A stretch of DNA of 64,000 bases. Origin: Candidatus Palauibacter sp. (lineage in GTDB: Bacteria; Gemmatimonadota; Gemmatimonadetes; Palauibacterales; Palauibacteraceae). Shown here piece by piece: positions 49,024 through 59,620 of the stretch; the first letter of the stretch is position 1, and each line of letters starts with the position of its first letter. The DNA is taken from assembly GCF_965213655.1 (NCBI RefSeq), contig NZ_CBDBZT010000003.1, forward strand, positions 3,275,829-3,339,828. Direction: 5' to 3'. Position numbers and translations under genes: made by a program. Under the pieces are notes generated by a model. It ran no database searches, was not told the origin of the DNA, and was given only the letters and a program-made list of their open reading frames with translations.

Positions 49024-52000
49024 ATGACCCGAATCGCACGGTCCCTGCTCGCGCTGGCGCTTGTCGGCACTTCGACGCCCGCGGCCACATCCGCCCAGCC
49101 CGTCGACGACGGATTGCTCGATCTCCTCGAGTGGCGCTCGATCGGCCCCACGCGCGGCGGCCGCGTGCTCGGCGTGGCCGGCCACCCATCGGATGATCTC
49201 GTCTTCTATCAGGGCGCCGCCGGCGGCGGCGTCTGGAAGACGGACGACGGCGGGGCGAACTGGCGCAACGTCTCCGATGGTTATTTCGGCACCGGTTCCG
49301 TGGGGGCCGTCGAAGTCAGCGGCTCCCACCCGGACATCGTGTACGTCGGCATGGGCGAGACGTGCATCCGCGGCAACGCCTCTCACGGCGATGGCGTCTA
49401 CCGCTCCGACGACGGCGGGACGAGCTGGCGGCACCTCGGACTCGCGGAGACGCTCCAGATTGCCCGGGTGCGCGTGCATCCGGAGAACCCGGACGTCGCC
49501 TGGGTGGCCGCGCTCGGCGACGCGTGGGGCGCAAGCGAGGCGCGCGGCGTCTACCGCACGCGCGATGGCGGCACCACCTGGGAGAAGGTCCTGTACCGGG
49601 ACGAGAACTCGGGCGCGATCGACCTCGTCCTCGATCCCTCGAACCCCGACATCCTCTACGCCTCGCTCCTGGAGTTGCGCCGGTTCCCCTGGGGCTTCCG
49701 CAGCGCGGGGCCCGGCACCGGACTCTTCAAGAGCACGGACGGCGGCGACACCTGGACCGAACTGACCGACAGCCCCGGCCTCCCGTCCGGCCTCAAGGGA
49801 CGCATCGGGATCACCGTCTCGCCGCGGAACTCCGACCGCCTGTGGGCGATCATCGACGCGGCGCGCGGCGTGAAGGGGATCTTCCGCTCCGATGATGCGG
49901 GAGAGACGTGGATGCGGGTGAACGAGGACGCCAACCTCCTCCAGCGCCCTTGGTACTACCACCACATCGTGGCGGACCCCGGCGACGAGAACACCGTCTT
50001 CGTCCTCAACGTCTTTCTCTGGAAGTCGACCGACGGAGGCGAGAACTTCTCGCGCGTCTTCACGCCGCACCCGGATCACCACGATCTGTGGATCGACCCC
50101 GCCAATCCGCGCCGGATGGTCAACGGGAGCGACGGAGGCGCTGCGGTGAGCTTCGACGGGGGCCTCTCCTGGTCGAGCCTCCTGAATCAGGCGACGGCGC
50201 AGATGTACCATGTGACCGCCGACAACCAGACGCCGTACCGCCTCTACGCCTCCCAGCAGGACAACACCTCGATCTCCGTCCCCAGCCGCTCCGATTTCGG
50301 GCGCATCTCGATCGAGGACTGGTACACGGTCGGCGGAGGCGAGGACGGCTACATCGCGGTGAACACCGAGGATCCCGACATCGTCTACGCGGGGGACCAC
50401 CACTGGGTGTACCGTTACGATCACCGCAACCGGCAGGTGCGCGACATTTCCCCGAACCCGGAGACGCATTATGGCTGGGGCTCGGCTGACATCAACTACC
50501 GCTTCTGGTGGACGTACCCGGTGATGACGTCGCCGCACGACCCGGACGTCCTCTACGTGACGTCGCAACATGTGCACCGCACGACGGACGAAGGCCACAG
50601 CTGGGAGGTCATCAGCCCGGACCTCACGCGCGCCGACCCGAGGACGCTGGAGCCGACCCCCGCCTACGAGGCCGAGGACACCGGAGAGTACTGGGGACCG
50701 ATCACGCGCGAGGCCTACGGCCCCGAGTGGTACGCGACGATCTTCGCGTTCGCCGAGTCGCCGCTCGAGCCGGGGCTCCTGTGGGCGGGATCGGATGACG
50801 GGTACATCCACGTGTCGCGCGATGGCGGCGCGAACTGGGAGGACGTGACCATCCCGGACCTGCCCGAGTTCGCGCTCATCTCCATCCTCGAGCCTTCGCA
50901 GCACGACCCCGCCACGGCGTACGTCGCCGCGACGCGCTACAAGCTCTCCGATCATGCCCCCTACCTGTACCGGACGACGGACTACGGGGAGACGTGGACG
51001 CGGATCACGACGGGGATCCCCGACAACGATTTCACGCGTGTAATCCGTGAGGACCCGGGCAGGGCGGGGCTCCTGTACGCCGGTACCGAGCGCACGGTCC
51101 ATGTCTCGTTCGACGCGGGGGACTCGTGGCAGCCCTTGAGCCTCAACCTCCCGGTCGTCCCGATCCACGACCTCGTGCTCCGCGACGGTGACATCGCGGC
51201 GGCCACGCACGGACGCTCGTTCTGGGTACTGGACAACGTGCAGTTGCTCCACCAGGTGGGGGCCGGGGAGATGGCGAGCGAGCCGAGACTCTTCCGTCCG
51301 CGGACCACGACGCGCTTCAACCCGGGCGCCTCCCCCGCCGCCCTGTTTTCGGCGATGGGACGGCCCGGGGCGGGAGATCCGGCCGGGGCGAACCCGCCGG
51401 ATGGCGTCGTCATTTCCTACTACCTGCCCGAGGCGGCGGCGGGCGGGGTCTCACTCCGCATCCTCGAGGGCCGCGCGCTGATCCGCGAGTTCTCGAGCGA
51501 AACCGAAGCGGCGGCGGCCGGCATGGACTTCTTCGGGGCCGGCGGGGGCGTCTCGACGCTGTCCGCCGGAGCCGGCGCGCACACCTTCGTGTGGGATCTG
51601 CGCGTGGAGTCGGCGCGTGTGCTCGACGACGCCGTCTTCCAGGGAAGCGCGCAGGGTCCCCGCGTGCCGCCCGGCGACTACACCGTCGAACTCGATCTCG
51701 GCGACCGCACGCTCTCACAGCCTTTCGAGGTCGTCAGGGATCCGAGGGTGGACGTGACGGACGAGCAACTGCGCGCCCAGTTCGAGTTCCTGCTCGAAGC
51801 GAGAGACCGCCTGACCGAGACCATGGAGCTTGTGGCGAGAATCCGCGACCTGCGCGAGCGTGCCGAGCAGGCCGTGGAGCGCGGCGGAGGAGGGGACCGT
51901 CTGCAGGCCGCGCTCGAGGAGTTGAACGGCGAACTCTATCCGGTTGAGGAGCGCCTCGTGCAGTACCGGGCGCGCGCCGGGCAGGACCTGATCGCGAACC

Positions 52001-52182
52001 CGACTGCCATCGACAGCAAGCTGGCGCGGCTCATGGGCTTCGCGTCAATGGGAGACGGCCCGCCCACGCAGGGGCAGCTCGACCTGCTGGCCCGGCTCGC
52101 CGCCGGCATCGAGACGCGCACGGCGGCGGTGGACGAGATCGAACGGACGACATGGACGAATCTCGTGCGGCTCGTGCCGTAG
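49024..52182 (+). CDS. VPS10/BNR (Asp-box) repeat glycosyl-hydrolase-like protein
   Basis: 'WRSIGP.RGGR'; many S.DGG.TW Asp-boxes; 'ATHGRSFW'. Confidence 0.9.
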   Translation: MTRIARSLLALALVGTSTPAATSAQPVDDGLLDLLEWRSIGPTRGGRVLGVAGHPSDDLVFYQGAAGGGVWKTDDGGANWRNVSDGYFGTGSVGAVEVSGSHPDIVYVGMGETCIRGNASHGDGVYRSDDGGTSWRHLGLAETLQIARVRVHPENPDVAWVAALGDAWGASEARGVYRTRDGGTTWEKVLYRDENSGAIDLVLDPSNPDILYASLLELRRFPWGFRSAGPGTGLFKSTDGGDTWTELTDSPGLPSGLKGRIGITVSPRNSDRLWAIIDAARGVKGIFRSDDAGETWMRVNEDANLLQRPWYYHHIVADPGDENTVFVLNVFLWKSTDGGENFSRVFTPHPDHHDLWIDPANPRRMVNGSDGGAAVSFDGGLSWSSLLNQATAQMYHVTADNQTPYRLYASQQDNTSISVPSRSDFGRISIEDWYTVGGGEDGYIAVNTEDPDIVYAGDHHWVYRYDHRNRQVRDISPNPETHYGWGSADINYRFWWTYPVMTSPHDPDVLYVTSQHVHRTTDEGHSWEVISPDLTRADPRTLEPTPAYEAEDTGEYWGPITREAYGPEWYATIFAFAESPLEPGLLWAGSDDGYIHVSRDGGANWEDVTIPDLPEFALISILEPSQHDPATAYVAATRYKLSDHAPYLYRTTDYGETWTRITTGIPDNDFTRVIREDPGRAGLLYAGTERTVHVSFDAGDSWQPLSLNLPVVPIHDLVLRDGDIAAATHGRSFWVLDNVQLLHQVGAGEMASEPRLFRPRTTTRFNPGASPAALFSAMGRPGAGDPAGANPPDGVVISYYLPEAAAGGVSLRILEGRALIREFSSETEAAAAGMDFFGAGGGVSTLSAGAGAHTFVWDLRVESARVLDDAVFQGSAQGPRVPPGDYTVELDLGDRTLSQPFEVVRDPRVDVTDEQLRAQFEFLLEARDRLTETMELVARIRDLRERAEQAVERGGGGDRLQAALEELNGELYPVEERLVQYRARAGQDLIANPTAIDSKLARLMGFASMGDGPPTQGQLDLLARLAAGIETRTAAVDEIERTTWTNLVRLVP

Positions 52183-52221
52183 CGGGCTCGCGGACTGGCG
52201 TGCGGAGGCCGCTCCCTGCGG

Positions 52222-53007
52222 CTAGCGGTTCCGCAGCGTGATGTTGATCCCACCCACGAAGCCGTCGCCTCCGTAGCGCGCGGACGCCTCGGTCCGCGTC
52301 AGAATCTCGATGCGGCTCACTTCATCGATCGACAGGTCGCGGATCGCCCCGATCGTGTCGGGCTCCCGCCGTTCGTTGATTCTCAACTGGACCGACTGCA
52401 TCCCGCCGGCGCGGGAGCTCGATGTCGCGGAGATGAGGAGGATCACCTCCCCCGCCCCGCTCATGCGCTCGAACCTGAGGAGCTGGTGTCGGCGCAGCAG
52501 GTCGTACACGCTCATTTCGGGCAGGTTGAGGAGGTCGTCGGCGCGAATGATCTCCGAGCTGAACGCCCGGCCGGATCCTCCGCTCCCGCCTCCGGAAAGC
52601 GATCCGATCTCCTCCCTCACGTCGGGCTCGCCCGTGAGCGAGATGAACAGATCCTGCTGGGCGAGCGCCGCCGCCGTCGTGTACGGGACGGGCTCACCGC
52701 GCCGGTCTCCGAGGAGGGCCCGCAGCGAGACCTCCATGTCCTTGGGCAGCCCGCACATGATGAAGAGGCCTTCCAGGTTGGTCTGGACTTCGATGCGCTG
52801 CCTGGCGTTGTCCTGCACCCAGCTGGCGGCGACGGTCGCGCCGGGAACGATGGTCTCCCCCTCGGGATCCGTCAGGTAGCCCACGACGGCCGCTTCCGCG
52901 GTCTCGTCCCCCGTAGGACAGAAGTCGATGTACGACTGAGCCGCCGCGGTGTTCGCGACGACCAGAAACAGGACAGGCGCCAAGAGGCGCACGAACGAGT
53001 GCCGCAT
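52222..53007 (-). CDS. Secreted carboxypeptidase-regulatory-like plus TonB-plug-like protein (no barrel)
   Basis: Signal peptide; C-terminal 'EVSRIEIL...ASARYG....GGINI'. Confidence 0.65.
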   Translation of the reverse strand: MRHSFVRLLAPVLFLVVANTAAAQSYIDFCPTGDETAEAAVVGYLTDPEGETIVPGATVAASWVQDNARQRIEVQTNLEGLFIMCGLPKDMEVSLRALLGDRRGEPVPYTTAAALAQQDLFISLTGEPDVREEIGSLSGGGSGGSGRAFSSEIIRADDLLNLPEMSVYDLLRRHQLLRFERMSGAGEVILLISATSSSRAGGMQSVQLRINERREPDTIGAIRDLSIDEVSRIEILTRTEASARYGGDGFVGGINITLRNR

Positions 53008-53227
53008 TTTCGACCTCTCTCTGCTCGGCGGTTTTCTTGCGTAGCGCGCGTATGCGGGCACAACGCCAGCGGATGTCGCGGTGCGAGCGATCCACCAACC
53101 ATTTAGGATACTCCCGGTCCGATTCGCGTTTAGTCCGGGGGTCCGGCCAGGAGCCGGTCGCCCCATAAACATGCCCGTACCCCGCAAGATGCTGCAGGTG
53201 CCGCCGGGGGCGCTACGGAGGAATCAA

Positions 53228-54595
53228 CTGAGCAAGATCGCCAGACGCGAGTTCGTGCGCCGGGCCGGACGCTGGGCGGGGACCGCGGCGCTCGCGCCTT
53301 CGCTCCCCGGCCTTGCGGCCTGCACCGGCCGCGCGGTCGCCTCGGGCGCGGCTGCCGCGGGCACCGGATACGGGCCCCTGCGCCCCGCGGGCCCCGAACT
53401 CGCTCTCCCCGACGGGTTCTCCTACGCGGTCCTCGGCGTGGAGGGCCAGCCGATGTCGGACGGACGGCCGACGCCGCGTGCCCACGACGGGATGGGACTG
53501 TTCCCCGTGAGCGATGACGTGGTCCGGCTCGTGCGGAATCACGAAGATCAGGATCCTCCGGGCGTCGCGGTGCCCCTGGTCTCGCCGGAGTTGGCGTATG
53601 ATCCGTTGGCGGGCGGAGGCACGACGACGCTGGAGGTCCGGATCGAGGCCGACGGGAGTCCGACCCTCCTGCGCGATTTCGTGAGTGCGGGCGGGACGTT
53701 GATCAACTGCGCGGGCGGCACGACGCCGTGGCGCAGCTGGTTGACGTGCGAGGAGACGACGTTCGGTCGAGGCCGCGGCTGGTCCGTCCCCCACGGCTAT
53801 GTGTTCGAGGTCCCGGCCGACGCCGACGAGCCGGTGGCGGCCGAACCGATCCGCGAGATGGGGCGGTTCGTGCATGAGGCCATCGCCGTCGATCCCGCGA
53901 CGGGATTTGTCTACGAGACGGAAGACTACAACCGACGCGCCGGCTTCTACCGCTTCAGGCCTCACGTCCCCGGTTCTCTGAGGGACGGGGGCGCTCTCGA
54001 GATGCTGGCCGTGCGGGACGCACCTCAGGTGGATCTCCGGACCGACCAGCGTCCGGGCGAGTGGCGCGGCGTCGAGTGGGTGCCGATCGAGAACCCGGAT
54101 CCTCCGGATGCGGAGCGCCGCGCGACGACGGTCTGGGAGGAGGGATATGAGGCGGGAGGCGCACGCTTTTCTCGCCTCGAGGGCTGCTGGCACGCGGACC
54201 GGAGCATCTACTTCCACGCGACGAACGGGGGCGATGCCCAGCTGGGACAGGTGTGGCGCTACGTGCCGGAGGAAGAGGCGCTCGCGCTCGTCTTCGAGTC
54301 GCCGTCGGAGGATGTACTCGCCGGGCCGGACAACCTGACGGTCAGTCCCCGCGGGGGGATCCTGATCTGCGAAGACAATTCGGGTGCGACGCACCTACGG
54401 GGGCTGTCGCCCGCGGGGGAGATCTTCTCCTTCGCCCGGAATCTCCTGAACTCGCGGGAATTCGCGGGCGCCTGCTTCAGCCCCGATGGCCGCACGCTCT
54501 TCATCAACATTCAGGGGGACACGATCTCGATGGGACCGGGGAACCTCGGCCTCACACTCGCGATCTGGGGACCGTGGGAACGAGGCCCCCTCTAA
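53228..54595 (+). CDS. phoX: PhoX-family (DUF839) alkaline phosphatase, Tat-exported
   Basis: 'ARREFV' Tat; 'HDGM', 'NHE', 'NCAGG.TPW.SWLTCEE', 'GRFVHEA', 'PDN'; GGAGG then CTG start. Confidence 0.85.
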   Translation: MSKIARREFVRRAGRWAGTAALAPSLPGLAACTGRAVASGAAAAGTGYGPLRPAGPELALPDGFSYAVLGVEGQPMSDGRPTPRAHDGMGLFPVSDDVVRLVRNHEDQDPPGVAVPLVSPELAYDPLAGGGTTTLEVRIEADGSPTLLRDFVSAGGTLINCAGGTTPWRSWLTCEETTFGRGRGWSVPHGYVFEVPADADEPVAAEPIREMGRFVHEAIAVDPATGFVYETEDYNRRAGFYRFRPHVPGSLRDGGALEMLAVRDAPQVDLRTDQRPGEWRGVEWVPIENPDPPDAERRATTVWEEGYEAGGARFSRLEGCWHADRSIYFHATNGGDAQLGQVWRYVPEEEALALVFESPSEDVLAGPDNLTVSPRGGILICEDNSGATHLRGLSPAGEIFSFARNLLNSREFAGACFSPDGRTLFINIQGDTISMGPGNLGLTLAIWGPWERGPL

Positions 54596-54609
54596 CCGGC
54601 CGCCACGGA

Positions 54610-55230
54610 CTGCCAGGCGCGGCGCTCGCGGTTGCGCTCTCGGGGCAGGCATGCGTGTGGGCCGTACCGCTGGAGACCACGCCCTCCACCGATCCCTCGA
54701 TCTACGTCGTCGGCTGGAGCCAGACCGGTATCGCCTCGTGGTATGGCGAGCCGTTCCACGGACAGCCAACCGCGTCCGGCACCATCTACGACATGGATGG
54801 GATGACGGCCGCCCACCAGACGATCCCGTTCGGGACCCGCATCCGCGTGGACAACCTCGAAAACGGCCGCTCCATCGATCTGGTCGTGAACGATCGGGGC
54901 CCGTTCGTGCGGGGACGGATCCTCGACGTAACCCGGACCGCCGCGCTCGACCTCGGCATGATGGGTCCCGGCACGGCCCGCGTGCGGATCACCGTCACCG
55001 AGGCGGCCAACACGGTTTCCGCGCGCGGCGGCTGCGTCGTCGTCCAGGTGGCTTCGTACCGCGAGCGGGAGAGCGCCGAGGCGAAGCTGCAGGAGGTTGT
55101 ACGCGCGGGGTTCGACGCCTCGATCGAGACGTACGGAGACGTCCACCGCGTCGTGGCCGGTCCGTTCGCGGAGGAACCCGCGGCTCGCCGCGCGCACGAG
55201 GCGCTGGGCGGATTCCAGCGCCGCTGCTGA
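54610..55230 (+). CDS. rlpA: RlpA-family lytic transglycosylase with SPOR domain
   Basis: 'GIASWYG..FHG..TASG', 'TAAH', 'VNDRGPF..GRI.D'; C-terminal SPOR domain. Start approximate. Confidence 0.88.
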   Translation: MPGAALAVALSGQACVWAVPLETTPSTDPSIYVVGWSQTGIASWYGEPFHGQPTASGTIYDMDGMTAAHQTIPFGTRIRVDNLENGRSIDLVVNDRGPFVRGRILDVTRTAALDLGMMGPGTARVRITVTEAANTVSARGGCVVVQVASYRERESAEAKLQEVVRAGFDASIETYGDVHRVVAGPFAEEPAARRAHEALGGFQRRC

Positions 55231-55486
55231 CGGCCGGGGGGGCTCCGGCGCACGCCGGGAAGGTGACCCGGTTCGCGCTCGGGTCGTGATAGTGTTGTGT
55301 CGCGGAAGCCCGGGAGCTGCAAACAGCCGGGATGCGATACGACGCTGAAGCGGAATAGCGAAGGCTCAGAGCCTCAGGTAGCTTTCGACACTCCCTGACT
55401 GCTCGCCGTCCGCGAGGCGGCACGCCCGCCCCGGGGCCCCAGGAACCCGGGCAGGTCGATGGCAGTAGTCTCCTGGAGGAGGTTGT

Positions 55487-58400
55487 ATGCTTCGGAGAAC
55501 CCACGCGCTCGTCGCGCTCGCCGCTCTCGCGGTCTTCTCGGCCCCCGCCGCTTCCGTTCTGGAGGGGCAGGCCGGCCGGTATTTCGGCCGGAACAAGGTG
55601 GTCTACGAGTCGTTCGATTTCGAGGTGCTCAAGACGCAGCACTTCGACATCTACTACTACGAAGAGAGCGCGGTCGGCGCGCAGATGGTCGGCCGTCTGG
55701 CCGAGCGCTGGTACGCCCGCCTCTCCCGGGTGCTCAACCATGAGTTCCGCGAGCGCCAGCCGATCATCCTCTACGCCGACCACCCGGATTTCGAGCAGAC
55801 GAACACCTCCGGTCAGTTCATCGACGAAGGCACGCAGGGCTTCACCGAGATCCTGAAGCGGCGGCTCGTCATGCCGATGATGGTGTCGATCCACGAGACC
55901 GATCACCTGCTCGGCCACGAACTCGTGCACGCGTTCCAGTTCGACATGACGGGGCAGGGGACGGGAGGCCCGGGGCTGGACGTGCCGGGCGCGATCCGGC
56001 TCCCGCTCTGGTTCATCGAAGGCATGGCCGAATACCTCTCCATCGGACCCATCGACCCGTTCACGACGATGTGGATGCGGGACGCTCTGGATCTGGAGGA
56101 CGGGTTCCCGACCATTCCGGAACTCGCCGACCCGCGGTTCTTCCCGTACCGCTACGGCCACGCCTTCTGGTCCTACATCGGCGGCGCGTTCGGGGACGAC
56201 CGGATCGGCCGGATCCTCAACCTCGCCGCGCGCACGGGGAATGCGCTGGCGGCGATCGAAGCCGTCCTCGAGGTGCCGATCGGCGAGCTTTCCGACCGCT
56301 GGAAGAGCGAACTCGAGACCTATTTCGCGGATGCGCGCCAGGAGACCAGCTCCCCCGACGACTACGGGCGCCGCGTCATCTACGAGCCTCCTGCGGAGGG
56401 GAAGCTCCACCTCGGCCCGGCGCTGAGTCCCAACGGCCTGGACATGGTCTACGTGTCACAGAGCGACCTCTTCTCGATCGAAATGTTCGGGGCCGACGCG
56501 CACACCGGAGAGGTGAAGCGTCGCCTCACGAACAACGCGGTCGACCCGCACTTCGAGAGCCTCCAGTTCATCCACTCGGCGGGGGACTGGCACCCGAACG
56601 GCCGGCTGTTCGCGGTCGCCGGCATCAAGACGGGGAACCCGCTGCTCACGATCATGGAGGCGGAGAGCGGTAATATCGTCAGGGAGCTCCCGGTCGAGGG
56701 GTTTCAGCTGGGCGCCATCTTCACGCCGAGCTGGTCGCCCGACGGGTCGCACATCGCGTTCAGCGGCCACTCGGCCGGGTTCACCGATCTGTATGTGATG
56801 AACGTCGAGACGGAGCAGCTGACGCGGCTCACCGCGGACCCGTTCGCCGACCTCCAGCCCGCGTGGTCGCCCGATGGGCGGTCGCTGGCGTTCACGACGG
56901 ACCGCTTCACGACCGACCTTGAGTTGCTCGTCCCGGGACCCTACCAGATCGCGCTCGTGGATGTGGAGAGCGGGGAGATCGAGCCGCTGCCGGGGTTCGA
57001 CGACCAGTTCCGGAACTACAATCCGCAGTGGGCGCCGGACGGCCGGAACCTGTACTTCGTGTCGGACCACGACGGGATCGCCAACCTCTACCGGCTCGAC
57101 GTCGAAACGCGGGAACGGTATCTGATCACCGACCTGTGGACCGGCGTGAGCGGGCTGACGGCCATCAGCCCGGCCGTATCCGTGGCCCGCGGCACGGGCG
57201 ATGTCGCCTTCAGCGTGAACAAGGGCGGCCCGTTCAGCTATGAAATCTATGTGATCGACGACCCGGAGATCCTGGCCGGGGAGCCGGCACCAGAGATGCT
57301 CGTCGGCGTCGACGCCTCGATCATCCCGCCCCGCGAGCGGTTGTCGACCTCGCACGCGGAACTACTCGACAACGCCCGTCTGGGGCTGGCCGATCCGATC
57401 ACCTTCGAGGAGGGCGAATTCCGGTCCCCGTTGTCCCTCGACTTCGTCTCGCAGCCCACGATCGCCTTCGGGGCGAGCGACTTCGGCGTCTTCTTCGCGG
57501 GCGGCGCGGCACTGTTTTTCTCGGACCTGCTCGGCAACCGCACGCTCCAGACCATCCTCCAGGTCAACACGAGCTTCGGGGATCTGGTTCAGGGGACGGC
57601 GGCCCTCGCGGGCTACGAGAACCGGTCCAGCCGCTGGAACTGGGCCTTCATTGGGGGGCAGGTGCCGTACGTCTCGCGCCAGATCAGCTACCAGCAGGTA
57701 CTGCTGGGGGAGCGGTACGTGAACGTCTTCCGGGATTTTCGCTGGTTCGAGATCAACCGGGAGATGACCGGGATCGTCGCCTATCCGTTCAACCGCAACT
57801 CGCGCATCGAGTTCTCCGCTTCCGCCCGCCAGGTCGACTTCTCGGGTGAGATCGAGGAGTTCGGTTTCGACGCCTTCACCGGTCAGCTGCTGGCCGACGA
57901 GGTGACGGATCTGAGGGACTGTGAGGGAGGAGAAACGGTGTCGTTCAGCGGTCAGCCCTGCGCGCCGGAGTCGCTGTACACGGCAAGCGGAAGCGCCGCC
58001 CTCGTATACGACAGCTCGATCTTCGGCGGTACGAGCCCGATCGCCGGACAGCGCTACCGGCTGGAGGTGGAGCCGGCCGTGGGGACGCTCAACTTCCTCA
58101 CGGTCACGGGCGACGTCCGCCGATATGTCCGCGCCGGGCCGTTCACGGTGGCCGGCCGGGGCCTTCACTTCGGCCGGTGGGGGGGCGGTTCGGACGACTG
58201 GCGCCTGGGCCGACTCTATCTCGGGGTGCCGTCCCTCGTACGCGGGTACGATAACAGATCCATCGATGTCGTTGAGTGCACGACCGCCGGCGGGCAGGTC
58301 GGGTTCTTCAATTGTCCTCTCATCGGGAACCTCATCGGCAGCCGCGTGGCGGTAGGCAACCTGGAGCTGAGGCTTCCGCTCCTGGGCGGGATCGGCGTGG

Positions 58401-58654
58401 TCCAGGCCCCGGGCGTGCCGCCGGTCGAGGTCGGCCTCTTCTATGACGTGGGCAAGGCGTGGTCGGGCGAGACGCCCGCGAACTGCCCGGAGATGAACTG
58501 CGGGTTCGAGGATCGGAACTGGGTGTCGAGCGCCGGCTTCCTGACGAGGGTCAACCTCTTCGGCCTCATGATCGCGGAGGTCAATCTCGTCCGACCCTTC
58601 GACCGCCCCGAAAAGGGCTGGATCTGGCAGTTCAACCTCACCCCGGGATTCTGA
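55487..58654 (+). CDS. Peptidase MA-like + TolB/PD40 repeats + BamA/TamA-like barrel protein
   Basis: 'HELVHAFQ..PLWFIEG.AEY'; 'P.WSPDG' repeats; C-terminal 'VRGY', 'ELRLP', terminal Phe. Confidence 0.85.
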   Translation: MLRRTHALVALAALAVFSAPAASVLEGQAGRYFGRNKVVYESFDFEVLKTQHFDIYYYEESAVGAQMVGRLAERWYARLSRVLNHEFRERQPIILYADHPDFEQTNTSGQFIDEGTQGFTEILKRRLVMPMMVSIHETDHLLGHELVHAFQFDMTGQGTGGPGLDVPGAIRLPLWFIEGMAEYLSIGPIDPFTTMWMRDALDLEDGFPTIPELADPRFFPYRYGHAFWSYIGGAFGDDRIGRILNLAARTGNALAAIEAVLEVPIGELSDRWKSELETYFADARQETSSPDDYGRRVIYEPPAEGKLHLGPALSPNGLDMVYVSQSDLFSIEMFGADAHTGEVKRRLTNNAVDPHFESLQFIHSAGDWHPNGRLFAVAGIKTGNPLLTIMEAESGNIVRELPVEGFQLGAIFTPSWSPDGSHIAFSGHSAGFTDLYVMNVETEQLTRLTADPFADLQPAWSPDGRSLAFTTDRFTTDLELLVPGPYQIALVDVESGEIEPLPGFDDQFRNYNPQWAPDGRNLYFVSDHDGIANLYRLDVETRERYLITDLWTGVSGLTAISPAVSVARGTGDVAFSVNKGGPFSYEIYVIDDPEILAGEPAPEMLVGVDASIIPPRERLSTSHAELLDNARLGLADPITFEEGEFRSPLSLDFVSQPTIAFGASDFGVFFAGGAALFFSDLLGNRTLQTILQVNTSFGDLVQGTAALAGYENRSSRWNWAFIGGQVPYVSRQISYQQVLLGERYVNVFRDFRWFEINREMTGIVAYPFNRNSRIEFSASARQVDFSGEIEEFGFDAFTGQLLADEVTDLRDCEGGETVSFSGQPCAPESLYTASGSAALVYDSSIFGGTSPIAGQRYRLEVEPAVGTLNFLTVTGDVRRYVRAGPFTVAGRGLHFGRWGGGSDDWRLGRLYLGVPSLVRGYDNRSIDVVECTTAGGQVGFFNCPLIGNLIGSRVAVGNLELRLPLLGGIGVVQAPGVPPVEVGLFYDVGKAWSGETPANCPEMNCGFEDRNWVSSAGFLTRVNLFGLMIAEVNLVRPFDRPEKGWIWQFNLTPGF

Positions 58655-59001
58655 ACCTGATCAGGAGCTGGTTGGTCAACGCGGTGGCGCTCTACGCGAC
58701 CGCGCGGCTCCTGGCGGGGGTCCGGGTCGAGAACCCGGAGGCGCTCATGGGCGGGGCGCTCGCGATCGGCCTCATCAACGCGATCGTCCGGCCGATCCTG
58801 CGCTTCGTGACCTTCCCGATCACCGTGCTGACGCTGGGACTGTTCTACTTCGTCCTCAACGGCCTGATGTTCCAGCTGGCCGCCTCACTGATTCCGGGGT
58901 TCGAACTCGATGGCCTGGTGGCGGCCATCGGCGGGGCACTCGTGATGTCCGTCGTCGCGACGGTGCTCCACCTCTTCCTGAAGCCGAAAAAGAAGAAGTA
59001 G
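58651..59001 (+). CDS. YvlD-like 4-TM 'phage holin family' membrane protein
   Basis: 'GLINAIVRPIL...TFPITVLTLGLF'. Start approximate. Confidence 0.85.
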   Translation: MNLIRSWLVNAVALYATARLLAGVRVENPEALMGGALAIGLINAIVRPILRFVTFPITVLTLGLFYFVLNGLMFQLAASLIPGFELDGLVAAIGGALVMSVVATVLHLFLKPKKKK

Positions 59002-59021
59002 CCGGCAGTCGTCGGAAGCCG

Positions 59022-59618
59022 CTAGGCGTAGTAGGGGTTGCTGCCGGCGGCGTGGTCGGTCACGTCCTGCACGTCGACGATCTCGGGCGCCGCATCGCGG
59101 ATCATCTGTTTGATCCCCTGCGTGAGCGTCACGGAGGCCATGCCGCAGCCCTGGCACCCGCCACCCATCGTCACGTAGACGACGTTGTCGCGGATGTCGA
59201 CGAGGCGCACGGTGCCGCCGTGCGAGGCCACGCCCGGGTTGATCTGCTCGTCGATGACGCGGCGCACGCGGTCGACGAGCGGCCCGTCGAGCGGCCCGGC
59301 GCCGAGCGGCTGGATGTTGGGATTGTTGAAGTGGAAGCCGGAGCCCTGAAGCGATTCCACCCAGTCGATGCGGGTTCCCGCCAGGATGTCGGCGCTCTTC
59401 GAATCCACGACGACCTCGAAGCCGGAGGCGTCGAACGACTGGTCCTCCGCTTCCCGCTCGAAGGGCTCGATGAGGGCCATCTCGTATTCCGGCGCGATGG
59501 GGCTCGCGTTCTGGACGCTCACGCGTACCGCGAGGCCTTCCGCGGGGTCCTCGGCGATGAACGATCGGATCCGCTCGCAGGCGGCATCCGTGAATTTCAG
59601 AAAATCCTGTTCGGACAC
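59022..59618 (-). CDS. nfuA: Fe-S biogenesis protein NfuA
   Basis: Degenerate A-type domain; 'INPGVASHGG', 'GGGCQGC', 'DVTDH..G.NPYY'. Confidence 0.93.
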   Translation of the reverse strand: MSEQDFLKFTDAACERIRSFIAEDPAEGLAVRVSVQNASPIAPEYEMALIEPFEREAEDQSFDASGFEVVVDSKSADILAGTRIDWVESLQGSGFHFNNPNIQPLGAGPLDGPLVDRVRRVIDEQINPGVASHGGTVRLVDIRDNVVYVTMGGGCQGCGMASVTLTQGIKQMIRDAAPEIVDVQDVTDHAAGSNPYYA

Positions 59619-59620
59619 GT

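Noticed and set aside
58651-59001. Holin implying a prophage
   Set aside because: YvlD-like family gene among core genes; no phage structural or lysis genes nearby.
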